Virus record (IMG/VR): IMGVR_UViG_3300024252_000004
Location: 310,001 to 374,000 of that record
Length of the DNA: 64,000 bases
Reading direction: 5' to 3' (one strand)
The position numbers and the translations under genes are program-made. Below are positions 9,354 through 18,187 of the stretch, in pieces. Each line of letters begins with the position of its first letter. The first letter of the stretch is position 1. A model generated the notes under the pieces. It saw only the letters and a program-made list of their open reading frames with translations. It ran no database searches and was not told the origin of the DNA.

Positions 9354-9596
9354 ATGGGTTTCAATAGAGTTTCGACCAACAAGCCGTGCGACAAGCACTT
9401 CTGTTTTTTCATTCAGGACTTTCGGGAAGGTGATTCCGTTTACGTCATGGTTAATAGGCAGCGCGTCCGAGGGCGAGTTGTGGCAGTTAACAAGCGTGAG
9501 AACGTAGTTCTGTGGGAGGATGGCGATGGTGTTATCAGCCGCTCAGTTCTTGACGAGTTCTCATTCCTCGGACCTTTCGACAGTGAGTGGGTCTGA
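9354..9596 (+). CDS. small protein, possibly SH3/KOW-like beta barrel
   Basis: FREGDSVYV..VRGRVVAV pattern; AAGGA RBS. Confidence 0.6.
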   Translation: MGFNRVSTNKPCDKHFCFFIQDFREGDSVYVMVNRQRVRGRVVAVNKRENVVLWEDGDGVISRSVLDEFSFLGPFDSEWV

Positions 9597-9613
9597 GAAC
9601 ACCAAGGAGATAG

Positions 9614-9859
9614 ATGATAGTTGTCTATGAGAATAGGAAATACTTTTTTCGCGATAAATGGCTTAGCGAAAGTGGTGCGGAGGTTAGCGATATCCTCTCT
9701 AATTTCCTTAGCGAAAAGGCCATGCAGGATGGAGTCGATCCTGGCCTATTTGCGAGCATTGTGACCCCGGTGCAAACTAGGGTTATCAAGGCAAAACCTA
9801 AGCCAAAGAAGGAAAAAAAGAAATCAACTCTTGAAGTCTTGTTTGACCTTAATTGCTGA
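9614..9859 (+). CDS. hypothetical protein
   Basis: AAGGAG RBS. Confidence 0.65.
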   Translation: MIVVYENRKYFFRDKWLSESGAEVSDILSNFLSEKAMQDGVDPGLFASIVTPVQTRVIKAKPKPKKEKKKSTLEVLFDLNC

Positions 9860-9913
9860 TTTCTTATCCTTATTTTGGATTAGTAAAACAAGTTGAGTAT
9901 CATTAATTAACGA

Positions 9914-9920
9914 TACTAAT
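9914..9920 (+). promoter_or_regulatory. promoter-like motif A (TACTAAT), putative late promoter
   Basis: TACTAAT in an AT-rich gap, 39 nt before ATG 9953. Confidence 0.65.
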
Positions 9921-9952
9921 ATAAAATTGATAAAACTGAAAAAGGAGTTTAA

Positions 9953-10165
9953 ATGAATTCTAACGAGAATCGGAGCGAGGTTATCGAGTCTACTCGTAAT
10001 CTCAAGAACCTTAGTGTGACTGTACGCTCTGGCAGTCTTAGGAAGCAGAGGCTTTCTAACAATGTCTCCCTTACACGTACCCTCGATGGCGGAGAGTTTA
10101 GTACAAGACTTACCATTAGAGAGGCCCGAGCCCTTCGTGATTTCCTGAACGAAACCCTGGACTGA
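9953..10165 (+). CDS. small basic hypothetical protein
   Basis: AAGGAG RBS. Confidence 0.75.
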   Translation: MNSNENRSEVIESTRNLKNLSVTVRSGSLRKQRLSNNVSLTRTLDGGEFSTRLTIREARALRDFLNETLD

Positions 10166-10294
10166 ACGAAAAAACGAAAATCGTGTTACAGGGGCGTAAC
10201 ACACCGAACCTAACAACGCAAAAAATTAAAGTCAAATAGACTTGGCGCAGCATCGGGGGATCCTTCTACAAGGTGAACCCGATCTCGCCATACG

Positions 10295-10609
10295 TTGGAG
10301 CGTATATTGCCAAGCATTACTATTAGCAAAGAGGCCATTGAAGACATCATGTGGTCATCTGTTGGTCCATCCGATAGCGGAGCATTCATCATTGTGCATG
10401 AAGGCGAGTGGACGCAGGACGGAAAATGTCAGTATCAGGAGATTATCTTCAAAAACACTGGCGATACTAAATGCTATTCATTTAACATTTCACGTTCTGG
10501 CTCTCCATTTACGTATTGGCATTACGACACAGAGTACATGGAAGAGATGACGTGTACCGAAGTTGAAGAAGTAGAGATCATTACCAAAATGTGGAGAGCC
10601 GTAAAGTAG
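10295..10609 (+). CDS. phage hypothetical protein (SRSGSPFTYWHY motif); start may be TTG at 10307
   Basis: ORF track; GGAG precedes the TTG at 10307. Confidence 0.7.
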   Translation: MERILPSITISKEAIEDIMWSSVGPSDSGAFIIVHEGEWTQDGKCQYQEIIFKNTGDTKCYSFNISRSGSPFTYWHYDTEYMEEMTCTEVEEVEIITKMWRAVK

Positions 10610-10627
10610 CCTCCCAAAGAGGATACC

Positions 10628-11323
10628 ATGGATTCCGCGAAATATCCCAGGTCGCTGCATTGGCCGAGTTCCCCAGGAACTACCTCAGATGACCGTTTCA
10701 TTACACAGGCACAAGCGCTCGCATTTCTAAATGTCGAGACTGTGCTTACCGAAAAGCTTGACGGTGGAAATACTACCATAACGAGAGATGCCTTTTTTGC
10801 AAGGTCTCATGGTGGAGAACCAGCTCACCCGTCATTCAATCTTCTACGCACCCTTCATAAGAATTATCTATGTAGGGCCATTGATAAAAATATATCAGTA
10901 TTTGCTGAGTGGTGCTTCGCAGTACACTCAATTAGGTACTCGATGCTTCAAGATTATCTCAACATTATCGCCGTCAGGAATGATGAAACCGGCGAATGGT
11001 GGGATTGGGACGAAGTATGTTTGATGGCTGATCACCTCGGCTTCCCCACTGTACCAGTTCTACTCCGTGGAACGTTTACAGACATAGGCGCCTTGGAAAA
11101 AACTATGACCACGTTCTCTGGCTTGTCGTCTTTGTACGGCCCAACAAGAGAAGGTGTAGTTCTAAGAAAAGTCAAGGGTGTTGCTGAGATCAAAGACGAG
11201 CGTGGTCTTTGCTTAGATGGTCTTGCTAAGTGGGTAAGAGAAGATCATGTTCAAACGGACGAACATTGGAGCAAGAAGAAAGTTGAAATTCAGCCAACCA
11301 TATCGGCACTGAGTTTTATGTAA
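10628..11323 (+). CDS. RNA ligase family nucleotidyltransferase (Rnl2-like)
   Basis: KYPR..H.P.SPG, motif I TEKLDGGN, EGVVLR, AKWVR. Confidence 0.88.
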   Translation: MDSAKYPRSLHWPSSPGTTSDDRFITQAQALAFLNVETVLTEKLDGGNTTITRDAFFARSHGGEPAHPSFNLLRTLHKNYLCRAIDKNISVFAEWCFAVHSIRYSMLQDYLNIIAVRNDETGEWWDWDEVCLMADHLGFPTVPVLLRGTFTDIGALEKTMTTFSGLSSLYGPTREGVVLRKVKGVAEIKDERGLCLDGLAKWVREDHVQTDEHWSKKKVEIQPTISALSFM

Positions 11324-11409
11324 TCAGCCTTTTGCTTCGTTCTAAAAATTGCGTATATATCCTAGACAAGAAAGCTAAATCCTGTAAACCTCCATCAAGG
11401 AAGAAATTA

Positions 11410-12330
11410 ATGCTCCGTAGACTATTCAGTATGTTCAGTGGATCCGCTCCTACCATCAAGGCAAGGAACGTGACACATAAGTACCTGTCCAACGCTCAGG
11501 TGTTGGCCAAGGCAATGGGGGATAAGCTTAGGATTAATCCTTCTGCCACCGCCCCCAAGGGAAAGAATCTTTTCATCATCGACTTCTATGGCGATAAGAT
11601 GGCTTCCCGCGCAGAATTTCTTGGAGAGGAGATTTCTTCCTTGATGACCGTTGCAAATCCGGAGACTGATGCGGTCCTTATCCGCCTCAATTCTCCTGGT
11701 GGAGCCGCACACGCATACGGATATGCGGCTTCTCAGATTGAAAGACTCAGAAAGCGTGGCCTTCATGTCACTGTGTCTGTAGATCGCGTAGCCGCTTCCG
11801 GTGGTTACTGGATGGCTTGTGTTGCGGATAAGGTTATCGCAGCGCCTTACTCTATCATCGGTTCCATTGGAGTCGTTGCAGAGTTTCCGAACTTCGCAAA
11901 GGTCCTTGAGAATCTCGGAGTTGAGTACAAGCAGTACACTGCTGGTAAGTTTAAGAGAACCGTATCTCCTTTCACCGAGGCAGATGAAGAGGGTGAGGCA
12001 GAGTTTGTTCGATCTCTCAATGAGATTTACGATGACTTCAGAGAGCACGTTATCTCCTTCCGTCCCGACGTTGATGCTGACGAGGTAGCTAACGGTAGAA
12101 CTTGGAATGGAACCAGGGCTCTTGAGATTGGCCTTGTTGATGAGGTTCTTACTTCGGAAGAGTTCATCGGGCGTGCTTGCACAGAGTTCTCGGCAATTAA
12201 GATTGAGTTCATCGGCGAAAGAGATAGTTTGGGCCGCATGATCGGAACTGGCATCGCAACGACTCTGTCTGACATCATCAGCCTTTCGATTGAGAAGCTG
12301 TTTGTCAACATGGGAATGTCGTGGAAGTAG
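11410..12330 (+). CDS. sohB: S49 peptidase SohB/SppA
   Basis: LNSPGG, VDRVAASGGYWMAC, GSIGV, TAGKFKRT. Confidence 0.9.
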   Translation: MLRRLFSMFSGSAPTIKARNVTHKYLSNAQVLAKAMGDKLRINPSATAPKGKNLFIIDFYGDKMASRAEFLGEEISSLMTVANPETDAVLIRLNSPGGAAHAYGYAASQIERLRKRGLHVTVSVDRVAASGGYWMACVADKVIAAPYSIIGSIGVVAEFPNFAKVLENLGVEYKQYTAGKFKRTVSPFTEADEEGEAEFVRSLNEIYDDFREHVISFRPDVDADEVANGRTWNGTRALEIGLVDEVLTSEEFIGRACTEFSAIKIEFIGERDSLGRMIGTGIATTLSDIISLSIEKLFVNMGMSWK

Positions 12331-12758
12331 ATAGAATATACAAATACGCCGAACTTCCTCCAGAAAAAGGAGTAGTTAAGTTCGGCTGGGGAGCTACAGA
12401 GGAAATGCCAGAGACAGATTACGTCTTAGGCTATCATTCCCGTTCTAAGTTCGCCACAGAGGAAGAGGTCAGTCTTTCTCGCAAAGAAGGGACTAATGCA
12501 GCCTCCGTGGCTGATTACACAAAGTTTCTGCAAAGCCTTACAGGAAGTACTCCAGAAGCATTCTATGAGAAATGGGATGGAAAAGAGGATGAGCTTAAGG
12601 CTTTTTGGTCAGCAAATTTCAGCAATGCCGATCCCAAACAATATCTATTTGTTTGGAAGCTATCAAGACTGTTAGTCACTGGCAAGAAATTCGTAATGTA
12701 TAGTAGGGGATTTAGGCTGGTGAAAAATGAGACAGGAGACACGCCGACAGAGGTATAA
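12321..12758 (+). CDS. hypothetical protein
   Basis: 145-aa ORF overlapping both neighbours. Confidence 0.65.
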   Translation: MEVDRIYKYAELPPEKGVVKFGWGATEEMPETDYVLGYHSRSKFATEEEVSLSRKEGTNAASVADYTKFLQSLTGSTPEAFYEKWDGKEDELKAFWSANFSNADPKQYLFVWKLSRLLVTGKKFVMYSRGFRLVKNETGDTPTEV

Positions 12759-13245
12759 TGGGAAAAAGAATGATGCAATTTCTTTACCGCTTAGCATTGT
12801 CACGGTCAACTTTGATTTTGATGACAATCTTGCTTTCACAATCAGAACCGCTGCTTGCTATGGTGTGGGCACTATTTATGTAATAGGCTCCGTACCGGAC
12901 AGAAGTTTTTTGAACTCTCGCTCCGGCAGTCTGTATGACTACGTTGACATCTACTCTTTCTCTCAGCCGAGAGACTTTACAGAGTTTGCAAAGAAGAACG
13001 GGTATAATATAGTGTCGGCCGAGCTTTCGGATGATTCTGTAAGCCTGTTCGATTACAAATTCGACATGGACACGCATACGTGTCTGGTGTTAGGCCATGA
13101 AACAACTGGCGTACCCATCGAATGTACCTTGAATGGAGATAATGTTTTCATACCAATGCTCGGAGTAGGGTTTTGTTTGAATACGTCCCAGACAGGAACA
13201 GCAATCATGACAGAGTATGTTCGTCAGTATTTGGAGAGAAAATGA
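12727..13245 (+). CDS. SpoU/TrmH SPOUT RNA 2'-O-methyltransferase
   Basis: NLAFTIRTAACYG, LVLGHETTGV, FIPMLG..CLN. Confidence 0.9.
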   Translation: MRQETRRQRYNGKKNDAISLPLSIVTVNFDFDDNLAFTIRTAACYGVGTIYVIGSVPDRSFLNSRSGSLYDYVDIYSFSQPRDFTEFAKKNGYNIVSAELSDDSVSLFDYKFDMDTHTCLVLGHETTGVPIECTLNGDNVFIPMLGVGFCLNTSQTGTAIMTEYVRQYLERK

Positions 13246-13435
13246 GGAAGCTTGTTAAGAAGGCGGTGAAGGTTGTTGTTACACCAGTTGCAACAGCCGC
13301 TGTTATGTCACAGTGGGCAATTGTAATTCTTGCCCTTTATGCACAGACAATTCGTCGCAACTATGGATCTAATAAGGAAGACTAATCTAATAATGAAGTG
13401 AGTTATAGTGAACGCTCACTTCACAGGGATTAGTC

Positions 13436-14623
13436 ATGGGAACAGTAGATAGATATACAGATGATTTAAAAGTAAAGCTCTCGTCAGGAAAGACGTTAAC
13501 GCTTGATGCGGATACGGTTGCCTTCACAGGTGATGTGTCAATATCAGGTGCGTTAGGCAACACGACAATCACTGGTAGTTTGTCAGTATCAAGTACGGCA
13601 ACATTCAGTGGCTCCATAGTGGCCAATGGCGATATCACAAGAGCCGCTACTTTATCGATCACAGCAACCGGTGTTTCTTCGGATCTAACGTTAACATCAG
13701 GAAGGGACATTAACTTAGTCGGAAACGACGATATTAATGTGACTCCAACAAATGATTACGATTTGACTGCTGGAGACGAGGTTAATATAACCTCTGGCAC
13801 CACCTGTGCGGTGATTGCATATTCATCGCTGTCATTGACTGGAGCCTTTGGCCTAACTCAATGTGCGGTAAATATAAGTTCTTCTGGGCTCTTCCTTTCT
13901 GGAACACAAGACTCCACTTATGTGGTGGACCTTTTGAACAGGTCAACGACTGTTGGCTCTGATGTCTTAATGGTTAGAACCTTGACAGAGTCTCCATCTT
14001 CCTCGACAAGATACGCGACATTTGCTTCCGGTGCTGCTCAGACCACAAGAGGTTTGATCAGGGGAGCAGCTACCGCAACATCGAGTGCCTTCTATTCGGA
14101 AGGAACATCTGGAGACTCCGCAGCGTATGGTATTTCACCAGACAATGTAGAAGTCAATAGTACGGGAGACTGCGTATTCGTTTCCGGTTCTGCTGATTAT
14201 GGTGAGTTCATTGAGTGTGGCGATTTAAGTGAGTGGCCCGTAGAGGTTCCAGAGGGTGACAAATACCTCGGACTACCAGAGGGCTACATAGTGTATGTAA
14301 GGGATAAGGCATTCTACAAAGAAGGCCCAGGGACACCGATGGTGGTATCTCATAGATCAATCATTGTTGGTAACGAAAGAGTTGACGAAGAATCAGTTGG
14401 ACAGGTAATGTCCTTCATTGGTCAGGTTCCTGTATTGGTTACAGGAGTTGTCAACTCTGGAGACTTGCTCATCCCTACAGGAGATTTCTATGCAGAAGCA
14501 TTCTCTCCTGATAACATTACCTTAGCTCAGTATATGAGAGCAATAGGTACAGCGTGGGAGTCTTCTGATAAAGAAGACATGAAGAGGGTCATGTGTTCTG
14601 TGGGTGTAAAAAACACTTATTGA
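13436..14623 (+). CDS. probable virion tail fibre/spike with C-terminal peptidase-G2-like autocleaved chaperone
   Basis: Gly/Ser/Thr-rich beta repeats, then GSADYGEF..GQVPVLV.G.V.SGDLLIP. Confidence 0.7.
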   Translation: MGTVDRYTDDLKVKLSSGKTLTLDADTVAFTGDVSISGALGNTTITGSLSVSSTATFSGSIVANGDITRAATLSITATGVSSDLTLTSGRDINLVGNDDINVTPTNDYDLTAGDEVNITSGTTCAVIAYSSLSLTGAFGLTQCAVNISSSGLFLSGTQDSTYVVDLLNRSTTVGSDVLMVRTLTESPSSSTRYATFASGAAQTTRGLIRGAATATSSAFYSEGTSGDSAAYGISPDNVEVNSTGDCVFVSGSADYGEFIECGDLSEWPVEVPEGDKYLGLPEGYIVYVRDKAFYKEGPGTPMVVSHRSIIVGNERVDEESVGQVMSFIGQVPVLVTGVVNSGDLLIPTGDFYAEAFSPDNITLAQYMRAIGTAWESSDKEDMKRVMCSVGVKNTY

Positions 14624-14658
14624 TAACAAACATATAATTGAAACTTGTTGAGGTAAAT

Positions 14659-14904
14659 ATGACCACAGAAGATAATGTATATACGTGGATTTGTCTGCGT
14701 TACGATTCCGTTGGCTTGGTGACTGCTGAGCTTAGATGGGACAATGAAACAGTTGAAACTCTTGGAGGCTCACACTCAAAGTGGACTCCGGTGAAATTTC
14801 ATGCACAGAGCAAATGGGGCAATAGCCTGCCGATTCATTGGCATGGTTACGAGATCCCTGAGGCTGTCAAAATCGATGGAGTCATCGAAGTATCGGAAGA
14901 CTGA
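14659..14904 (+). CDS. hypothetical protein
   Basis: GAGGT RBS before ATG 14659. Confidence 0.6.
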   Translation: MTTEDNVYTWICLRYDSVGLVTAELRWDNETVETLGGSHSKWTPVKFHAQSKWGNSLPIHWHGYEIPEAVKIDGVIEVSED

Positions 14905-15203
14905 TGACTGACGTAGTAATGTATGATTTACTTGATCAGCCACTGCGTATCGGTGACGAAGTCATTTATGCAAATAGTGGCCGCTTATGGAAAGGCAAGC
15001 TCCTTTATGTAAGCGGCCTCACTTGCGGATCTTGTCAGATAACAGTTCCAGAACTTGGTGGCAGGGTTGTAACGTTGCAACTTAGGAAGAGTAGAACTCC
15101 TTCTTATATCAGGACCTCTCAGCGTAAGCAGATTGAAACTGGTGAGTTTAAGATTAAGAGTTCAAGGTTAATTAAGATAGAGAAAGGTTCTGTGAAAGAG
15201 TAA
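14904..15203 (+). CDS. hypothetical protein (D.LDQPLRIGDEV motif)
   Basis: TGATG coupling. Confidence 0.65.
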   Translation: MTDVVMYDLLDQPLRIGDEVIYANSGRLWKGKLLYVSGLTCGSCQITVPELGGRVVTLQLRKSRTPSYIRTSQRKQIETGEFKIKSSRLIKIEKGSVKE

Positions 15204-15212
15204 TAAAAACTC

Positions 15213-15615
15213 GGGGGCGTTTTGGATTCGACCGGGTAACAGATAGGAATAGTGCAAGCCGATCAAGGTAACTCAGATCGTTATAAGCGTTACAAAAAAC
15301 AAACTAGTTGACGACTATTCATTCGTGTACGCAAACGCAGGCAGAGGCTTCGGCGCTCCTGTAGTAGCATACGCCTAATTCCGATTTAGGCATGTGGACT
15401 CTGTGTTCCATATATCCAAACACAGATAAGTGGTTGAACGCACTGACATAAACATTGTTCAAAAATGGAGTAGCCCGAAAGGGAGGAGGCGTCTATCATT
15501 TGGCGTCAGGGGATAAAATGAATACTTTGCCTATTTAGAGAAATGGGATAAGCTTGTGAACGACTTGAAATTGACGTTATGCGACACGAGGGTTCGACTC
15601 CCTCCGCCTCCACCA
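15213..15615 (+). ncRNA. ssrA: tmRNA
   Basis: 5' GGGGGCG..GGATTCGAC; 3' GAGGG-TTCGACT-CCCTC-CGCCTCC-A-CCA with G3.U alanine identity pair; internal tag ORF 15310-15378 (DDYSFVYANAGRGFGAPVVAYA*). Confidence 0.93.
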
Positions 15616-15622
15616 TCAAAAC

Positions 15623-15666
15623 TTGCCTGCTCCACCTTAATTGCGTATAATTAAGGTGGAGGGCAA
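15623..15666 (+). promoter_or_regulatory. RBS-sequestering hairpin containing a sigma70-type promoter
   Basis: CTCCACCTTAATT/AATTAAGGTGGAG perfect 13-bp stem; TTGCCT-N17-TATAAT; SD in the 3' arm, ATG at 15669. Confidence 0.8.
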
Positions 15667-15668
15667 AT

Positions 15669-16262
15669 ATGTCACAAATAGAGTTAACTTGCGAAATATG
15701 CGGAACTACCTTTAGTAGGGCTAAGAAAGAGTACAATAGATCTCTTAAGCTTGACAGGAGAATGTTCTGTTCAAGAAGCTGCACAGGAAAAGGTGTTAAG
15801 AATAATCTTGGAGACCAATTAGGTATAGGCAGACCTTCTAATTTGAATTCTGGAAATAGACAAGATGAATATTCCCCATTTAGATACTTTGTAAAAAAAG
15901 CGCGTGAAAGAAAGCACAAGTATGATATAGATGTAGAATATCTTAAAGTCTTATGGGAAATACAAGATGGTAGGTGTGCATTGAGCGGGCTAAAGATGGT
16001 ATTGCCAAAGAATGCATCTGTTTGGGAAAAAGATAAAGGCAATCCTTGGAAGCCAAGTCTCGACAGAACGGATCCCTCTGTTGGCTATATGAAGGGCAAT
16101 GTTAGATTTGTTTGCAATATTGGAAACCTTTGCAAAAACATTTGGCCAGACGATACCGTGTACCATTTCTGCAAAGAGGTAGCGAAGAATATGGCAAAGC
16201 CTGTGCGTTGCGGCGGATTAGATTATAAGGAGGCAGAGGATGGGCAAGAAAGAAGCTCTTGA
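15669..16262 (+). CDS. His-Me finger (HNH-like) endonuclease with N-terminal zinc ribbon
   Basis: CEICG..FCSRSC; CALSG..PSLDRTDPSVGYMKGNVRFVC..NLCK. Confidence 0.8.
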   Translation: MSQIELTCEICGTTFSRAKKEYNRSLKLDRRMFCSRSCTGKGVKNNLGDQLGIGRPSNLNSGNRQDEYSPFRYFVKKARERKHKYDIDVEYLKVLWEIQDGRCALSGLKMVLPKNASVWEKDKGNPWKPSLDRTDPSVGYMKGNVRFVCNIGNLCKNIWPDDTVYHFCKEVAKNMAKPVRCGGLDYKEAEDGQERSS

Positions 16263-16524
16263 AGAGGAAATCAAAAGGTTAGAATTAAAACTTGAGAAAC
16301 TTAAATCTGTTGAAAAGTGGATTAGGCCGCTCTCAGATTATTCTGACGAATAGAAGATAATGGAATTTGATTTGCTTTATGGGCAAGCTTTAGAGCATTT
16401 AAACGAAATAGAGTCTTCAGGATATGCCGATGATGATGCTGCGCATTATATGTTTAAATCCATGATGGATCTGTTATCTCCATTTGATTCTTCAATTTGG
16501 GACTATTACAATTCATTAACGTAA
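16240..16524 (+). pseudogene. 94-codon ORF interrupted by one in-frame TAG (16351-16353)
   Basis: AAGGAGG RBS; MGKKEALEEE..SDYSDE*KIMEFD..YNSLT; fills the gap to the next gene. Confidence 0.7.
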
Positions 16525-16536
16525 TAAGGAGAGAAA

Positions 16537-16800
16537 GTGCTAAGTAGAGCTGAGAAACTTGCTAAGCTATCTGAATGGATAGAGGCTCGTAAGCAATACT
16601 CTAAGGTATGTAACGATGCAATCTCTCTGTTGAAAAAGGACCTTTCGGTAAATTGCGATCATCCAGAGGATTTTGTTTCACCATACAGGTGGGAATGGGA
16701 TGATGGATATGGGAAACAGAAGATGATGGACGGTAAGCGCTGTACCATATGTCTCAAAGTCAAGCGATGGGATAGTAGCAGTATTTGGAGTGATGAGTGA
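16537..16800 (+). CDS. hypothetical protein (CDH..CTIC zinc-binding)
   Basis: AAGGAG RBS, GTG start. Confidence 0.65.
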   Translation: MLSRAEKLAKLSEWIEARKQYSKVCNDAISLLKKDLSVNCDHPEDFVSPYRWEWDDGYGKQKMMDGKRCTICLKVKRWDSSSIWSDE

Positions 16801-17015
16801 TACACGTTTTAACTTTTGATATGACATCTGTGTCTGGAGACGAGCATTCGGCTCATATTGTTCTTAACTCAAAAGAGGATGCCGAAAAGGTCCAGAGATA
16901 TCTTATTGAGAACAACGTAGTTAATGGCTCATGTCCTTTTCACAATTTTGATATTTCACCTTATGTTCCGGAAAAGTCAATGTCATTTGAAGAATGGAAG
17001 GAAAGGTGGGGATGA
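16797..17015 (+). CDS. hypothetical protein
   Basis: GTGA coupling. Confidence 0.55.
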   Translation: MIHVLTFDMTSVSGDEHSAHIVLNSKEDAEKVQRYLIENNVVNGSCPFHNFDISPYVPEKSMSFEEWKERWG

Positions 17016-17190
17016 TCAAACGGTTCATTCTGAAAAAGCTTCTTCCTTTCAGGGAGAGATATTGGGTTATTGTGACTTTTGAGGATCACACAACTGATGA
17101 GTGGCCTGAGGATGTACGGAAATATCATTACGACAGATGTGCTAAGCTGAGAGAGCAGGAAAGACGAAACGAAGGAAGAAAAAAATAAAA

Positions 17191-17418
17191 ATGCTGGATA
17201 GGAGCTTCATTGCAGACGTGGAAAAAGCTGCTTACGAATCTCTTACGAATAATGAGTCGTTCGAGATTATGGATGTGAGGATTTTCGAAAAATTCGATAG
17301 GATTTATCTATCAAATGACGGAAAGCTTGAATTTGTAATGAATAGTAATGCTCGTTCAAAAAGGCTTGCGGCGCAAAGGCTATCGATAATTGTGCAGGTT
17401 AAATTATATTTAGAATGA
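17191..17418 (+). CDS. hypothetical protein
   Basis: ORF track, operon packing. Confidence 0.55.
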   Translation: MLDRSFIADVEKAAYESLTNNESFEIMDVRIFEKFDRIYLSNDGKLEFVMNSNARSKRLAAQRLSIIVQVKLYLE

Positions 17419-17433
17419 TAACATGGAGAAAGG

Positions 17434-17613
17434 ATGATTTGGATATTAGAAGTAGATCTTCCATACGAATTCTATTTTGAGAATTACGAAGAGTTGCCAT
17501 ATATTCAGCGAATTCTGCATTTGATTTCTGATGAACTATGTGTGCAGTACATTGGTAAAGACGGAGAAGAACACGTCGCCGTAATTTATATCGAAGAGGA
17601 ACTTAAAAGATGA
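17434..17613 (+). CDS. 59-aa hypothetical protein, paralog of 17956-18177
   Basis: Translated by hand: MIWILEVDLPYEFYFENYEEL..IGKDGEEHVAVIYIEEELKR; GGAG RBS. Confidence 0.65.
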   Translation: MIWILEVDLPYEFYFENYEELPYIQRILHLISDELCVQYIGKDGEEHVAVIYIEEELKR

Positions 17614-17969
17614 AATATGATTTTGTACCAGTAAAGACCAGAGCCCCTAAGTTGATGTGGGAGATTGTAGCAGAGTTTATGCACGGAGATGCAGATCACT
17701 ATTCAAAAGAGAAAGTGAAGTTCGCAGAAGAGGACGACTTTCTTGAGAAGGTAAAGATCTTAAAAGACAGGTTGGCTTATCGTCAGAAGTTCTGGAACGC
17801 AGCGATTGATTCAAACAATGCCTGGGCGGACGAACAAGAGGGTTGGCTGGAAGTGCCATTTGAGTATGGATCAGATAGTAGCTGGAGAGCTGACATTGAT
17901 GGCTTTGAATGTTTCTACTATGATGAAAACGGTGTTAAGTTCAAGGTGGTTTTCAATGAAGAAGGTTGA
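17610..17969 (+). CDS. phage hypothetical protein (MHGDADHY motif)
   Basis: GAGGA RBS, ATGA coupling. Confidence 0.7.
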   Translation: MKYDFVPVKTRAPKLMWEIVAEFMHGDADHYSKEKVKFAEEDDFLEKVKILKDRLAYRQKFWNAAIDSNNAWADEQEGWLEVPFEYGSDSSWRADIDGFECFYYDENGVKFKVVFNEEG

Positions 17970-18177
17970 GCTAAATATTCCTTATGCCCTTAAGGTAAAG
18001 GACTATCACGATCTATATGATTACGCTAAGATGTTTAAGAACCTTAGTGTGCTTATAGAAATGGAAGAGATCGGATTTGATGGCACTGATTATATCGGCA
18101 TCGTCTACATAGATAAAGGTTCAGAGTATGAGGCTTTGAGGCGAGAACTCATTGAGGATACGTGGCAAGTCGTATAG
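17956..18177 (+). CDS. hypothetical protein, paralog of 17434-17613
   Basis: AAGGTGG RBS; MKKVELNIPY..IGFDGTDYIGIVYID. Confidence 0.65.
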   Translation: MKKVELNIPYALKVKDYHDLYDYAKMFKNLSVLIEMEEIGFDGTDYIGIVYIDKGSEYEALRRELIEDTWQVV

Positions 18178-18187
18178 AGAGGTAACA

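Noticed and set aside
10243-10290. Third tRNA (TGG..CCA ends)
   Set aside because: Only 48 nt with no D or T arms; it is a simple hairpin.
13436-14623. Diversity-generating retroelement target
   Set aside because: No reverse transcriptase and no template/variable repeat pair visible in the window.
15506-16042. Minus-strand 178-aa ORF and most other antisense or alternative-frame ORFs in the track (e.g. 11422-12048, 61531-62079)
   Set aside because: They are shadows of confidently identified + strand genes or tmRNA, with no RBS or motifs.
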